The notes under the pieces were generated by a model. It had not been told where the DNA came from, did not search any database, and worked only from the letters and a program-made list of their open reading frames with translations. A stretch of 64,000 nt of DNA from Camelus dromedarius. Taxonomy: Eukaryota. The translations under genes and the position numbers were made by a program. The stretch's first letter is position 1. Each line of letters begins with the position of its first letter. Shown piece by piece: positions 33,192 through 46,440 of the stretch. Location: NCBI RefSeq assembly GCF_036321535.1, contig NC_087464.1:8122001-8186000 (forward strand), given 5' to 3'.

Positions 33192-36100
33192 ATAAAATTC
33201 AGTCATTTGGGAAACTATATACATTTAAAAAATATGCACTATGTACATAGCATTATGTTATCTGTACTGTAAGACTTCTAATTCTTCATTATTGAGAAAT
33301 TTTAAATCTCAGGCCAATCACTAAATCCAAATGATCTGCAGTGATTTGGAAAGATTAGGGTCCAACTCATGGTGGAAGAAATAAGCAGTGAGCTTGAAAT
33401 TATTATTGTGTTAAGATTTTCTAGTACAGAAAGGTAGCATTAGGTGTAGAGAAATCATGGCTTTTATTAACAGATTAACAGAACACCACAGGGTTCTAAT
33501 GTTCCCCGACAATTTGCTCACTACTTTGTCCCTCTGGTATTAAATTCCGTTTACAGAAAACTTAACAGAAGTTTGATTAATAGGCAAATAAGCTAAAAAC
33601 AAGACAACTTGCAAAAGGTTTGCTCTTGAACAGGGCCCTGTCAGCTGCTTTGTGAGTGTCAAACTAGCATTTTTCACTGTGTGAATGATTGTGCAAGAGT
33701 TGATTGGATGAATCAACCTTGTTATTAATAAGGATAACTTAGTATTTCAGGCAGTTTTCATCCAAGAGAAGGGTAGGGCTGACTTTAGAAACCTTGGAGA
33801 AGAAGCGTGCCAAACAATTTGGAAAAATGTGTTGAAATCATGCAGAAAGAGCTGAGACCCAGTGTGAATATGAATGAGGATTCTGGTGATCGAACAGGTT
33901 TTCAAAAGACATCTGTGGTGAAACACCCTGATATGAATAGAAAAGGGATAAACTAATTCTTGTATTCATGGGCCTGTGTAGGTGGGGGTGTGGTGACGGG
34001 GAGAAGAGTCACAAATCCAAGCCGTTACAAAGAAACAATGCTTCTGTATTGATGTCCAACAATTGGCTTGTTAATCAAAAGTCAGAGGGTTTACATCCCA
34101 CACACGTCATTGATTCAAATGGCTACTTTGTCCAGTATGTGTGTAACACACCTGTGAATTCAGCACAATGATCTGGAGATCGAGCGGGACTGTACAAAGT
34201 CAGAAAGGTTTTCCAAATTCAAGCTGACTAATCAAATTTGCTAAATAGAATGTTTAAGGGTTTTTTTTTTTTCATTAGAAATGAACACTACACGCTTTTG
34301 CCATACACTTAAACAAATGCTTAGGAGTTTAGAATTAGGTGAAAACCGCCAAATTTGTTTGAGTGTGGCATTCAAGACCAATGGCCATTTATTTTGTTTT
34401 TCCACTGCATTCGAATGTATAACAAAGTTGAATAGCTTAAAGGCATAATGAAGCCTTAAATCATGAAACAGTCAAGGATGGAAGGAGCTGGCAGTGTCAT
34501 CACAGAGCATATGGCAGATGGACCATGGACACATCTCCTGAATCAGAAGGGTACGTTACAGGTAAGGTCAGCTCCACAGGCAGGTGGAGTGGTGTCCTCA
34601 GAGGTTTATTGAAAGCTCCACTTGCCTATGATAAGGTGCTCACCACACCCACCTTCTTAGGAGGCTACCCATGCGTATCTTAGCAATTATATTTTGTGCT
34701 TTCAGTGGGTAAGGCATGATGGCAAACAGTTTCTGTCTTTCAGACCAACTCTCATCCATTGGAAGTGGCTGCTTGGAATCCAGTGTTTAGATTTGTAAAA
34801 TTGCACCTGGGCTTAGAGGCAGGGTCTGTCGGACGGGAGCTGGAAAGAGTTGTCTTGGACCTGTGATGTCCTCTCAGAAGCCACTGGGAGTCATGTTACA
34901 GCTTTAGGTCTTACCCCCACAGTTTACCTGTGTTATTATCTACAGATGAGTGGGGTCTGCACAGGCTAGGTGGGTTTGGGTAGGGAAGAAAAGACTCCAT
35001 AGCTTGATACTGCAGAGGTGAGGAGGACTGGTCCAGTTTGAGGTTCTGCTCAATGGGGAAGATGGAGTTCCTGGCCTGTAGGAGGTAGGAAAGCTATTCC
35101 TACTCTTCCCCAGTGGGGATAGCATAATGGCAGAAAGGGGATGCTTGTGGGAGGCAAATGTGCATCAAAGAACATCCCTGCCAGCCCTGGTCCCAAGTCC
35201 CATCACCTTTCCTAACTATCGATGCTGAAATTATCAGGATTCCTAGCTGGAGGAAGAAATCCTTTCCACCATTCTTCCCACTCTGAAACTTTTTTTGCCC
35301 CAATGTTCTTAATGCAGGCTTCCTAGATCTTTCTTTGTAACTCTTAAAGAGGAACAAAGAAATATTTGGGTAATGAAAACTAGAAGCAGGTGAGTGGGAG
35401 ATGGCCCTGTTGGCTGTAGATAACATTCTGGGAACTGCTAAAGGCAAAAGTGTACGTATTGATTTTTCAAGTAGAATTAGATGGGAAAGATCGTCTTTCA
35501 AAGTTGGCTGAAAAAATGGAACTTATCTTTCTAAGGTCTAATTAAGATCCTCTGTCAGAAACCATAAAAAGAACTGCATATAATATCACTGGGGACAATG
35601 AAAACCATTGGCCCTTTTTGCATTTAATAGGATGTCATGATTCAAAGAAGTTGCCTTTTCTTTTAAAAACTAAGGCTGGAAAAAAAAAGACGCTCTTCTC
35701 ATTAGACTGTATCCGAGTGACCCTCCTGGTCTTATATCTGTAACGTATTTGGAGTAAAATTCATGGATCAGTACGGTTTCTGAGACAGGCGGTGACATTT
35801 CAGGTTGATGAGATTCAAGGTCTCTTCTTCTGTGACATTATTAATAGATGTTATTCACTGATCAACCCTCGTGTAAGTTTTTAGCTTCTAATCCAGAAAA
35901 GTTAGAAAAAAAGAGAATATTAAGAAAGAATTCTGGGCTAAACGTTTCCCCCGTTTTTCCCTTTTCCCTCCAGTGAAAGGAAACAGAACCAACAAATGGT
36001 CCCTGGCTACATATGGATGCAATATGAGTACGTGAATGTTTGATGACAGAAGGCAGGGTTGTAATCTATTCCAAACGGACCATCATCTGGATGCTTGAAA

Positions 36101-36384
36101 TGCCATGTTGTAAACAGTGTTCCCTTGTCTTATAGGATGCTACGTAGGGTTGACTGCGGATGAAAGCCTAAATTTATATCATGAAGCAAAGTATAAAACG
36201 AACATTAACCTCTTAAGGACGCCTTTTTTTATTTTTTTCATTGTCAGATTCTGTTAACTGCCTGTCTTCTAATAGCAATGCTCCTAAAATCTTCCTTTAA
36301 TGCTCTGGCCATTTGATGACCCTCATCATTTCTCTCTCTCTCTCAAAAAATTGTGGGTAAGAAATTTAGAACTCCAAGGAATTT

Positions 36385-36510
36385 TGGAATCCTTTAGTCC
36401 AGGCAACCTCACTTTATAAATCAGAAAAGTAAAACATAGGAAAGCTAGATAGTCACACAGCTCAGTAGGTATGAGGTGATCCAGAAATTTAGACTATGGA
36501 CTCCAAAAAT
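36385..36510 (-). mobile_element. MIR fragment
   Basis: 'tttagtccaggcaacctcactttataaatcagaaaagtaaaacatagg...agtcacacagctcagtagg'. Confidence 0.5.
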
Positions 36511-36689
36511 AGGATAATTTGCATGATACAATGTTGCCTTTCCATAAATGCCTGTCTTATTCTGTAATGCTCCCATCTCTAGGGAAGGTCTGTTCCTTAT
36601 GACCAGAATAGGTAAATAGAATTAACCATTTGATTAGATAGACTTCATTCATTCAACTTTCACTCATTGATTTAGGTAGTATTGATAGT

Positions 36690-37230
36690 CTTTAACCTTT
36701 TATTGTAAAGACATACATATTCAGGGTAAAGAACATCAGCCCTGTAGAACTATATAAAGGCATCAGATTCCCTTTTTGTCCACCGCATGTCACTTCCCAG
36801 AGGGATTTGCTTACACAAGCATACTGTGTATCCTTTCGGACATTGTTGATGTATAAAATATATATATTAAAGTGCATAATATAATATATATACATATATA
36901 TATGTAGGCAGTTGTTAAAAACAGGAACATGCAATATATATTTTTCTGCAACTTTCCAATGTTTTTCATGTAATAATATCATGGACAAATTTCCATACCT
37001 ATTTACCTAATTTATTCCTGTCGTCAGGTGCCAAGTGTGTATGTTTTATGTATTTTTGGAGTATGTAGCAATCTGTAGTTTGCATGACATGGGTGTTTAC
37101 TTCATCATTCCTCTGTTGACGAGCATCTTATGATGGAAACGATGCTACAGTGAGTATCTGTTTTGCACTTGTACCAACACATTTGTAGGAGGCACTAATA
37201 CTAGGGAACTTTCTGGGTCCTTCCACTTTA
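36690..37230 (-). mobile_element. Ancient L1ME 3' end, antisense
   Basis: 'cacttcccagaggg...tgtgtatcctttcggacatt', 'ataatatcatggacaaatttccatacc', 'cattcctctgttgacgagcatct...aacgatgctacagtgag'. Confidence 0.6.
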
Positions 37231-38081
37231 TTTAGTGAGTAACTACTTTATGTAAAGTGTTGGAAAGGCTATAAAATAATAGGATTCAATCTTTGCAGGT
37301 AAAGAGGTGGTTCTTGCTTTCATGAAGCTTGTAGTTTAGGTAGCGAGAAATATATACAAACAACAATTTCAAATAGAAAATTACGAGAGCTTTTATTGTT
37401 TATTATTATTTTTTTTATGAGGGCTCTTTAGAAGATGCAGAAGAATGGCCATGAGAGAATAAAAACACCTTGACTTTCTAACCCAGCCTGTGCAAAATAA
37501 TCATTCCTTAGAGATGGGTGTCTCAGTGGAATGCATTGAAAATTTCCAAATAGAGTTGCTTGCTTCCGTCAATATGAATGAGCTGAAACATGGGAACGCA
37601 GAAGGTGACTTGTTTATTGAAAGAGATCCAGAGAGCATAATTGGTCTTGAACTTTTAGGAAATGTCTTTATTTGTGAAGGGGAGAATTGTTGCAATCCAT
37701 TAGATAATATAAGACAAAGAATTTTGTTTTCAAAGATTTTTCTCAGTGTGTGGTATAAACAAGGTTTTAATTTTGACTCAAGACTAACTTATTTTGGTTT
37801 TCAACTTCATATATGTGTGGGCCTGCAGCCTTTTCTTGAATCTGGACCATTTTGATAAATCACATATTTGTCTTTGGAGTTGCAGAGATTAAGAATGAGT
37901 ACTTCTAGTTTTTATTAGTTTGGTTTTTCAGTTACAATCTCGATAACAATTTTTCTTGGGGAAGCTTCTCTTCAAATTCAGCAGCCTTAGTTGAAATATT
38001 GTCCCCCTTCAGGATCTTACAATAGGATGTAAGCTTATGGGTTTTAAAAAATTATTCAAGTATAAAAATATTCCTGTGGAG

Positions 38082-38252
38082 GGGGGAAGGGTATAGCTCA
38101 GTGGTAGAGCGCATGCTTAGCATACAGGAGGTCCTGCGTTCAATCCCCAGTACCTCCATATAAATAAATTAATAAATAACCTAATTACCCCCCATTTTTT
38201 AAAATTAAAAATACAAATAAATAAAATAAAAAATAATTTAAAAAATATACAT
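38082..38252 (+). mobile_element. tRNA-Ala-derived camelid SINE (Vic-1 type) with a 14-bp TSD
   Basis: Head 'gggtatagctcagtggtagagcgcatgcttagcatacaggaggtcctgcgttcaatccccagtacctcca' (tRNA-Ala-AGC-like, with A and B boxes), AT/A-rich tail, and ATATTCCTGTGGAG at 38068-38081 and 38253-38266. Confidence 0.92.
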
Positions 38253-39434
38253 ATATTCCTGTGGAGATGAAGGCTATAAACCATGTTCTCCAACATCTTT
38301 ATCTTTCAGATGAGAAATTACTGGGGAAAAATCAAGATGCTTCTTATTTTGAGCATGGTATTTGGCAAAAATTTCTTCAGTAAAATCTTAAAATCCCTTT
38401 TCCCTCCATTTATCTTCGTGTCATTGAAGTTACTTCGTCTAATACATAATGCAAGCTTAGCCCCCACTTGTAACAGTCAGCAAGTTTAAAGTTAACCATC
38501 AACACACAACAAAACCCTGGGAGGGCAGAGGGGAATGTTATCAAAACCAAAAGGACTGACAACAGGGCAGAATAAGTGGCGATTTTCCGAGGAAGAATTT
38601 AGGGAACCTTAAAACGTTCTGACCATTTGAAGCATTTCTTAATTCCGAGAAATAAGAGACAGCAACAAACTAAGTCACCAGGCAACTGGCTGTGGCATCC
38701 GATCCTGGTTCCTACATGACAAGGTAAAACCAGGATGAGGAGCAAAGGTGTCTGCATTCTAAGGGATGTAGAGTGGTCAGGCATGCTTAAATGTTTCCTT
38801 TGGTCTCTGATGTCTTCATCAGGAGGTCGGTGAAGGTGGGGGGTTGGGGGGCTCCCCAGGAGCCTGTCAGGCATGGTTTCCATGACTCCTTCAGGAAGCA
38901 CCATGGGCTGACCCTAGGCAAGGGCCACCAAACCTGTTCTGAGCGAGGGCATCTCTGGAAGGGCCCGGAACTGGCATCCCATTAGCAACAAGCTGTAAGA
39001 AAAAACCACTTTTGTCTTTCACAGGTGTCAGAGCTGCAAACAAAGGACCGTTTGTAAAAGATCCAGCACCCCCTTTTAAAACGTCAGCTTGACACAACTT
39101 TGCAAATTAACTATACTTCAGTAAACAAAAAAATTATTCCATAAGATAGATAAAAAAAGTTTGCTAAGGGAAAAAAAAAGTCAGCTTGGGTGGTTTAAAG
39201 CCATGCTAATAGTTTTCAAGCTAATTAAGAATTTCAATAGGGATGAACGTTCTTATAGAGAAAACTTACGGAAATGGAACAGTTAACTTGTTTATTGATG
39301 ATCAGAAATATAAAAAAAATGATTCGGTTGGTTTTCAACTAGATTTTAACTATTGTATTATAGGGAAATGTATCCTAGGTTTTTTTAAAATTGTTGTTTC
39401 TTTGTTATTTTAAATAACAACTGAATCTAGTTGG

Positions 39435-39640
39435 TGTGGTCAAGGTTAGGACACTGGGCTTGGAACCAACTAGAACCAGCTTCTAGTCCCACCTCTACCA
39501 CTCACCAGGTGTGAAACCAGACAAGGATTACTTCACCTTTCTGCGCCTCAGTTTTCTCATCTGTAAAATGAGACTCATGGTACGACCTCTCATATAGATT
39601 ACTCATACAGGAGATGATTTCTAGAATGTGCTTAAGACAG
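39435..39640 (+). mobile_element. MIR SINE
   Basis: 'gtgtggtcaaggttaggacactgggc...tctagtcccacctctaccactcacc...ttcacctttctgcgcctcagttttctcatctgtaaaatgag'. Confidence 0.8.
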
Positions 39641-40086
39641 TGCTCAAAAATGACTATTACAACTCTTACTAGTAATAATTCACATCGTGTTTTGAATGTC
39701 AACCACATTAAAACATTACTTAGTATTAATTATGTTCTAGAATTAGGAGCCTTTAAACCAATAAGACTGATTATTGTGCTGGGTTTTAGTAAACTCCACT
39801 TCATCTAGAATGTTAGAAAATGAGATAAATCCCTGCTTAGGTCAATTGGTAGACATTTGGAATAGATTACCAACAGATCTTCAATTTTAAAAGTCATCTA
39901 ATTTAATATCTACAGTATTCTATATCTCTCTGATGATGCAGGAGGCATGCTACTGTGTTTTGGATCATTTTTTTAAATCCAAATCTTGTTGTCACCTATA
40001 AAGACAATTCTGATATTTGAGACTTTGAGTTTTAAAGAGACTGACACAAAGTCTAGCTCTTAATAAGTACTTAATAGATACTAATT

Positions 40087-40231
40087 TTTTTTTGAAAACT
40101 TTTCTTTTTTTCTTAGGGAATGCAATTAGTTTTATTTGTTTATTTTTAAATGGCGGTACTGGGGATTGAATCCAAGACCTTGTGCATGCTAAGCACACAC
40201 TCCATCATGGAGCTATAACCTCCCCCTCCCC
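40087..40231 (-). mobile_element. Second tRNA-Ala-derived camelid SINE (Vic-1 type), antisense, with a 7-bp TSD
   Basis: Reverse complement reads 'ggggagggggaggttatagctccatgatggagtgtgtgcttagcatgcacaaggtcttggattcaatccccagtaccgcca' plus an A-rich tail. ACTAATT lies at 40080-40086 and 40232-40238. Confidence 0.88.
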
Positions 40232-42077
40232 ACTAATTGCTTTTATTGTCATAAATTCACCTAGTTTGGCTTCCTTTTGACTTAGGGACACTTGCAGATG
40301 CTCATTACACGTGTCTATAAGCCAAATATCGTGTGAGTGCTTTGTCTAGTTTAAGGAAAGGTACTGTGTCTTCTGCACCTGGGAGATAATGGTTCCTGGA
40401 GAGCATGAAACATTTGGCATAGTATTTGGCACATAGTAGATTCTCAGGTAATTGAATTCCCTTCTTCTACCTTGAAGTTGTGTTGTTGACTCATTGGGCT
40501 CCTCTTAAGTTAGGAAATGTGGTGATTTACACCCACCACTAGTTTTGTGCAACACCAGGACTTCCCTTCTACATTTTGTCACCTCTGGTTAAGCAATCAG
40601 GCTTCTCAGAAGTCAGGGGACACCACCAAGCACCAGGCCAGCAAAAGCTGCACCTACCAATGGCCTCGTGGTGGTTGGGTACAGAAGAGCGCATGAAGGT
40701 CGGGCACTGCTCGGCAGCAGAGGAGAGAATACTGGGGTAGATATTTAAGTTTTTGATCATACCCCAGATTTACTGTGTCTATTAAGTAGAAGGTAAATTA
40801 ATTAATCATCCTTACACATTAACAAGAAAGTGTCAAGATGGAAAATATAGAGATGCTGCGGAAAAGTATGCTTCATCTTAGAGAAGAGGTCAGATTAGTT
40901 TAACTGACTGTTGAGCAGGATTCCAGGTCACAGGAAGGGGGCTGTCGAGAGTCCAAATTTGATAAGTATACTTGGCATTAGTGAAGGGGTACTGAGAAAT
41001 TAAGGTATGAAGGAAAGCCAGACAATGCCCAGTAGAAGATGGGTACTGCAAAACCGCAACAGCAGGGGAGACCTGGAGAGGATGAGGAAGTTACTGCACA
41101 GCATCGTCAGACTCTTAGTCTGCAACTCCCCACACTGGAGATGAGTAAGTCAACCGCTTGGTTCAGAACGTGCGAACCATTGTACACATCCTACCCTGTG
41201 CAAGTGGACCTTTCTCTCATCTCTCATCTCCCATCTCCAAGTACCGATCCAAGCCATCACAATGTTTAGCTGAACTATGAAAACCAGTGGGAACGTGTAT
41301 AAGTGAATCAGGAGAATGAAAAAGGGATGGTGGAGAAGGAAGAGAAGAAAGCAGGTGAAAGAAGGAAAGCTTTCCCTTCCCGGGTATCAGCACACAGTTC
41401 AAGATCTGGTTGACTCTTCTTTGAGTTTCCATCCTGAATGCATTGGTTATGTCATCAATGGAAAGAAAGCACAGTGGCATCTTTTTTTGCATGCTCTTTA
41501 TGATTATTCAAAAGCTGCTGCCTCCCACGTCCTGCTCTTGCCCTAGAGTCTTGTCTCTTTTGGTTTCTTTCCCCTCTGTGACCCTCCTTCTCTCTGTTGG
41601 ATGTCCCAGCCCACTCCCATGCCTCGCCTCCCTCTGCCTTCTGCCTCTCCTCTCGCATCCCCCCACCTCCTGCCTGTCCCCAGAGGAAGGAGGCTGCTGC
41701 CACTGCGCAGTAGGAGAGGACCACTCACCAGGTTTTAAATTTTTTATCTTCAAGAATGCCTCTCTGGCCTTGGTGAGAGTGGGCAAAGGCTTTGGAGACA
41801 GAGCAGAGAAAGAGGACAGGAACAGTGACAGTTGCGGCAAGCCCACCAGTGCCAGCAGGAGGGAAATGTTAGCTTGCCATTTCTGGAAGCTGAGGAGCAT
41901 ATGGAGAGCCCGGAAACGTTGTCAGCAGCCCAGCTCTGGGCTGTGCCATCCCGGCGGCGGCTCCATTGTGGTTTTTTTGAAGAAAGCATTTCAGGAAACT
42001 CCCTTACCTGGGATTGTCAGAGGAAATGCCTCAAATACCAGTCCTATGCAGTTCCCCATATTCCTAATGTATAGCTG

Positions 42078-42380
42078 AGTATCATTATTAAAGGCTGCAT
42101 CATATTTAGTTATGTGAATGTACCATAAAACTTACCTGCCAGGATCCTCACTTTTTTGGACGTTTGGTTTGTTTCCATCTCTTTAAACTGAGTCTAAACA
42201 ATGCTATAGTGAACATCCTTCAGGTCCATTCTTAGACACTTTTCTCATTAGACTTTGTTAGCAGTGTAATTGCTTGACCAAAGAACACATATGTTTCTAA
42301 AACTTTTGATACATAATGACAAACTGGTCCCTAGAAAACTTAACACCAATTAATATACCCACCAGCTATGTGACAGACTG
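42078..42380 (-). mobile_element. Ancient L1ME fragment, antisense
   Basis: 'ggctgcatcatatttagttatgtgaatgtaccata...ttggacgtttggtttgtttcc...aacaatgctatagtgaacatcctt...aacttttgatacataatgacaaactggtccct'. Confidence 0.65.
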
Positions 42381-42587
42381 CAAAACTGAGATATAGTATT
42401 TCATTTATATGTGTGTGCATATGTTTATTTATATTTTGCATAGATGATATTCTGAAAGATAAATATCACAATATTGAGACTGGATATCTGGGTACGAGGA
42501 TTTTGGAATTTTTTTTTTTTTTTTTTTTTTTTTTTGCAGGAGGAGTAAGGTTGACACTATTTTCTACAATAAACATTGACTGTAATT

Positions 42588-42702
42588 TTATACTATATAT
42601 AAAATAAACAACAAAGTCCTACTGTATAGCACAGAGAGCTATATTTAATACCTTGTAATGGCCTATATTGAAAAATACTATAGAAAAGGAATATATATAT
42701 AT

Positions 42703-42738
<36 letters not shown>

Positions 42739-42810
42739 AATGAATTACTATGCCTTATACCAGAAATTAACACCACATTGTAAATCAACTATATGTCAGT
42801 TTAAAAACTT
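42588..42810 (+). mobile_element. Cetartiodactyl-type L1 3' UTR fragment with an internal (TA)n expansion (about 42693-42738)
   Basis: 'aaaataaacaacaaagtcctactgtatagcacagagagctatatttaataccttgtaatggcctata...ataccagaaattaacaccacattgtaaatcaactata'. Confidence 0.9.
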
Positions 42811-45244
42811 CTATAGTTCTAAGACTGGATAGCTATCTATAAGAGAAAATAATATACTAATTAATTCTATTTAATTGACTCCTATTTCTTTTTTTCCTTA
42901 TAGACTGATGGACTCTTAGGGCCATAAGGGACCTTAAAGTTCACCCGGTCTGTCTAATTCCACCAGTGTACTTGTGTGAAAATTGCGTCTCCAGGAGACA
43001 GCCTGAATTACTTACGTTCACAGAGCGAGCCTGGAGCAAAATCAGAGGCTAGACCCCAAGAAGGTACTTGATTCTTTGCTTTTGGGGCATTTCTGTCTAA
43101 TCGTCCTCCTGCTATTAAAAAAAAAAGCTAATTTGCTTTTATTTATTTCATCTTATGTTTTAGAATTATTTGTACCAGCTAATGGTTAATTTACTAAAGC
43201 ACTGTGTCGATGTTTTTGGAGATCCATAACAGAGTTCTTACCTTTGCCCAAGGGAAGATCTAGCTTCCATCTGATAGAACAAGTGCTTGTGTGAAACTCT
43301 GGGTGATAAGAGCTTTAAGAAAAGAATGAAGAAAGAGTCAGCAGACAGACCGCTGTATGTTTCCTGCTCGTATTATTTATTCTATTCTTTGCCTTCTTTT
43401 CTTTTTAATTGCTTTTTAATTTTCCAGTATTTCCCCTCCTATTCTTTGTTACCTGACATTAAATTTGGAAAAAAAAAAAGCTTCACATTGTCCATTTAGG
43501 GCAGTTACCGTAGACCAAGGAGAACAATCTCCAAGTCTTTGGAATGCCTGAATAAGCTCTCTACAGTTTAATGGGAATGGGGACAGGTTAAGTCCATATT
43601 TTCTGGGAGGATAGATGTGTGAGCAGGGAGACTTTAATTTTGCCACTGACATCACTAGATGCATGAAGCCTGCAAACCATTTAAAGAATTGACAGTGATG
43701 TTAAAAACTGGAGAAACACCAATATTGAGTTCTGGAGTACACGGAGTTGCTAAATATTGGGAATGCTGATGCCCAAACCAGTCCCTATGTTTATGCCAAC
43801 TATAAGAGTGACACTGGAGCCTCCCATATTTATTCTAACTCTGTTTGATCAGAAAAACACAGCAGGGTCCTGGAAATACAAGTCCTTCCTCTTACTGAGC
43901 TGTTTAGCTGGCTTATGAGAAGGCAGCTAAACATTTGATTTTAGTTCAACTCGCTTGTGACTTCAGAGGAATACTGACATTAGGGGAGCCGTGTGTGCAC
44001 TTTTCTTGGTAATTGGATGTAACTGGCTGGGCACTGGTCTCCATCTCTCTCTTTATACATGCATGTATATATAGTTAAATAATAAATATGCACTGAATAA
44101 TAGGGTATAATATAAATAAAATAATAAAAAACAATGAAAATAAATATGTATTATACATATATATACACATATATATGGAGAGAGACAGAGAGAGAAAGAG
44201 ATTTTGTCTCTAGAGAGAGCTTCCTTTTGTTCAGCAGCTTTCTGAAAACTCAGCGTATTATAACAGGAAGAAAAAACTCAGCGAAAGACTTCCTTTCTTG
44301 TACTTGTCAGTTGGAAAACAATGGTACTCAGATTAAAAACAAAAAACAAAAAACACTGTCGTTTTGGGGAAAAATAAGTAGGAGCTTGGCCGGATCCTTA
44401 GATTTGAAAGCTCCACATTGCACACCCCAGCCTCCCTCACTTTTGTTCGTCATCTTCCGCCTGATTGCATGTTATCACCTTCAAGAGAACAGCTGGGTCA
44501 CTGTGAAAGGGTGTTAATCTCCCAGTGTCTTCCCTCACACCCTATTGACAGCTCAAGTCAGGGCGGCCTACTCTGGCTTTGGTGAATCTGACTTGTCAAA
44601 ATTCCTTTTCGACTTTATATTCATTTAAAAAAAATATGCAATTTCCTGAGCAGCGTGGATAATGATAACTATTCTGAACGACCTGGCAGAGTTGCACGGT
44701 GACTGTCTTCCATTCCCGGGGGGCATTCTGCAGTGCTGCAAACTCTCACGTGCAGAAATCAGCAAAGCCCGGGGTCTGTCTCCAGGAAGAAACAAACACA
44801 CCTCTCGTGGGCTATAGGCAGCCTTCCGCGTCGCACAGAGGAGCGGGGTGCTCTGCCAGTTGAAGATTTTAGTGTCATTTACTGAGCTTTCTAACCTGGA
44901 GTGGAATGAGTGCAGTCAGCCCCAGATTCTCCACTGTGCACCTGCGTGGACTTCAGCCTTCCCTAGGCTGGGCCTGCCTTGGGATCAGAACCTGTTGATC
45001 CATCAGTAAACTCTGCCCACTGATGAACCCCTGGTGTGAAGAATGATGCTGGGCATGGGAGGGATGCATGATGTGCATCACAGGGCCTTGCCCTTCAGAA
45101 TCACCCCAAGGGAGACAGCTGTACTGAGAACTAGACCGCGAGTCAGTGGGTGATCAGCTAAGGTACTAGGCTGAGACTTGGCTAGACTGAGCAAGAGAGT
45201 GGCATATGATCAGAAATGTGATAAAGGCATGTCTGATGAGAGAG

Positions 45245-45858
45245 AAGCCTTGAAAGGCCAACCATGGGCCTTTCCTACAGCCATAGAGTAGGTCCTTGTC
45301 TCATTGCAGAAAGAATTCAATGACTAGACACAGAGATCAAGAGAGTACAGTGAGGATTTGTCAAGGGACAGGACACTCTCAAGGGGAGAGCCGGCAGACT
45401 CAGGTGAGTGGTGCCCTTTGACAAGCTGGTTACACAGGGTGTGAAAATGAATGGCTGGATTATTCACTGAGGAGGGAAGGGTTTGGGGTTGTAATCCCTG
45501 ATTTCCATCCCAGCTCCACCTTCCTGAGGGGAGAAGGGATTTTTGTCCTTATTTAACTTGGATCAGAAGTGTCATGGCCTCTGTGCATGATGGGTACTTA
45601 AAATCTGCATTTTATTGAAATAAGGGCATAATGAGCCAAAGGTTACATTCGGACACTAGAGATTTCCACCTTTCCCCACCTTTGTCGGCCTCCAGGACAC
45701 TTGTCACCCTAAAATGTGTGATTTCTCACCAGTCTGGAGGTTCCTGCTTTTCTCTTTCTGCCCAAGGACCCCCGTTGTTCACAAGATGTGTGGTTTCCTG
45801 CCATTTGGCCCGTGTCCCTCTTTCTCTGCTCATATCTAGCTATCTGCCTGCTCTAACA
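45245..45858 (-). mobile_element. Solo ERV1-class LTR, antisense
   Basis: 'ggtccttgtctcattgcagaaagaattca...ggacactctcaaggggagagccggcagactc...gcataatgagccaaaggttaca...ctgctcatatctagctatctgcctgctctaaca', an LTR-type end in CA. The left boundary is uncertain and no TSD was found. Confidence 0.7.
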
Positions 45859-45929
45859 GGATGAAACATTTTAGGCAGAGAATAAAGATTCAGAATGTAG
45901 AATTTTAATCCCTGCTAGAGGCAGGTAGG

Positions 45930-46040
45930 TTGGGTGACCAACTAACCTGGCTTGCTGGCCCGAGGTGTGTTCCTGGGTTACGAGGTTTAGTGCTAAAACA
46001 GGCAAAATCTCAGAAAAATGAGGACAAGTTTGTCACCCTA
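45930..46040. mobile_element. MER81-like hAT-Blackjack MITE
   Basis: Terminal inverted repeats ttgggtgaccaact ... agtttgtcacccta (12/14 complementary), 111 bp, internal 'tttagtgctaaaacagg'. Confidence 0.75.
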
Positions 46041-46119
46041 CAAAAAAGCCAGAATGATAAGAAAGGCTATGGCGAGATGGGGGAGTCATCATCCCAGGTG
46101 AGCGGCAGGTGCTGTTGGT

Positions 46120-46440
46120 TTAAATAAAGGGAGGAAAAAGCCCCGCGTGGAGCTTGCAGCCTAGCTGGTGAAGGAAGAGCAGCAGGCACAGAGCTATTTC
46201 AAGATGACAAAGGAGCACCCACCGCGGGGCAGGTTAGTGTTCATTTGTGCTGCGCACATGACTAGAGTGCGGACAAGGTGCTGAGTGGGGAGCTAGGATG
46301 ATTTACAGCAGGAGTATGTCTATTGACTAGGGAGAGGGTCTGCGGGGTTGAGCCCAGGCCTTGAAGTCGGGAGAAGACAGAGGGTGGAATGACACAGAGA
46401 GAACCTGAGTTTGGGCCGGGGTTTGAGGAAGATTCTAGCA
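46120..46440 (-). mobile_element. L2 remnant, antisense
   Basis: 'gtggagcttgcagcctagctggtgaaggaag...gggagctaggatgatttacagc...gaacctgagtttgggccggggtttgagga'. Confidence 0.5.

Noticed and set aside
35318-35872. Plus-strand exon-like segments 35318-35389 (72 nt, open LPRSFFVTLKEEQRNIWVMKTRS, cag|gtgagt) and about 35804-35872
   Set aside because: The phases are incompatible when joined (stop codon) and the peptides are unrecognised.
37490-37855. 121-codon ORF in AT-rich DNA
   Set aside because: It begins at GTG, has no recognisable domain, and about one ORF of this length is expected by chance in six frames of 64 kb at this composition.
38087-38158. tRNA-Ala(AGC) gene
   Set aside because: Substitutions break the anticodon and T stems and change the T-loop to TTCAA. 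An A-rich tail and 14-bp TSD show it is a tRNA-derived SINE.
44853-44866. 14-nt identity to miR-22-3p (ctgccagttgaaga)
   Set aside because: It is a partial match lacking the 5' seed start and has no hairpin; a 14-nt hit to some miRNA is expected by chance.
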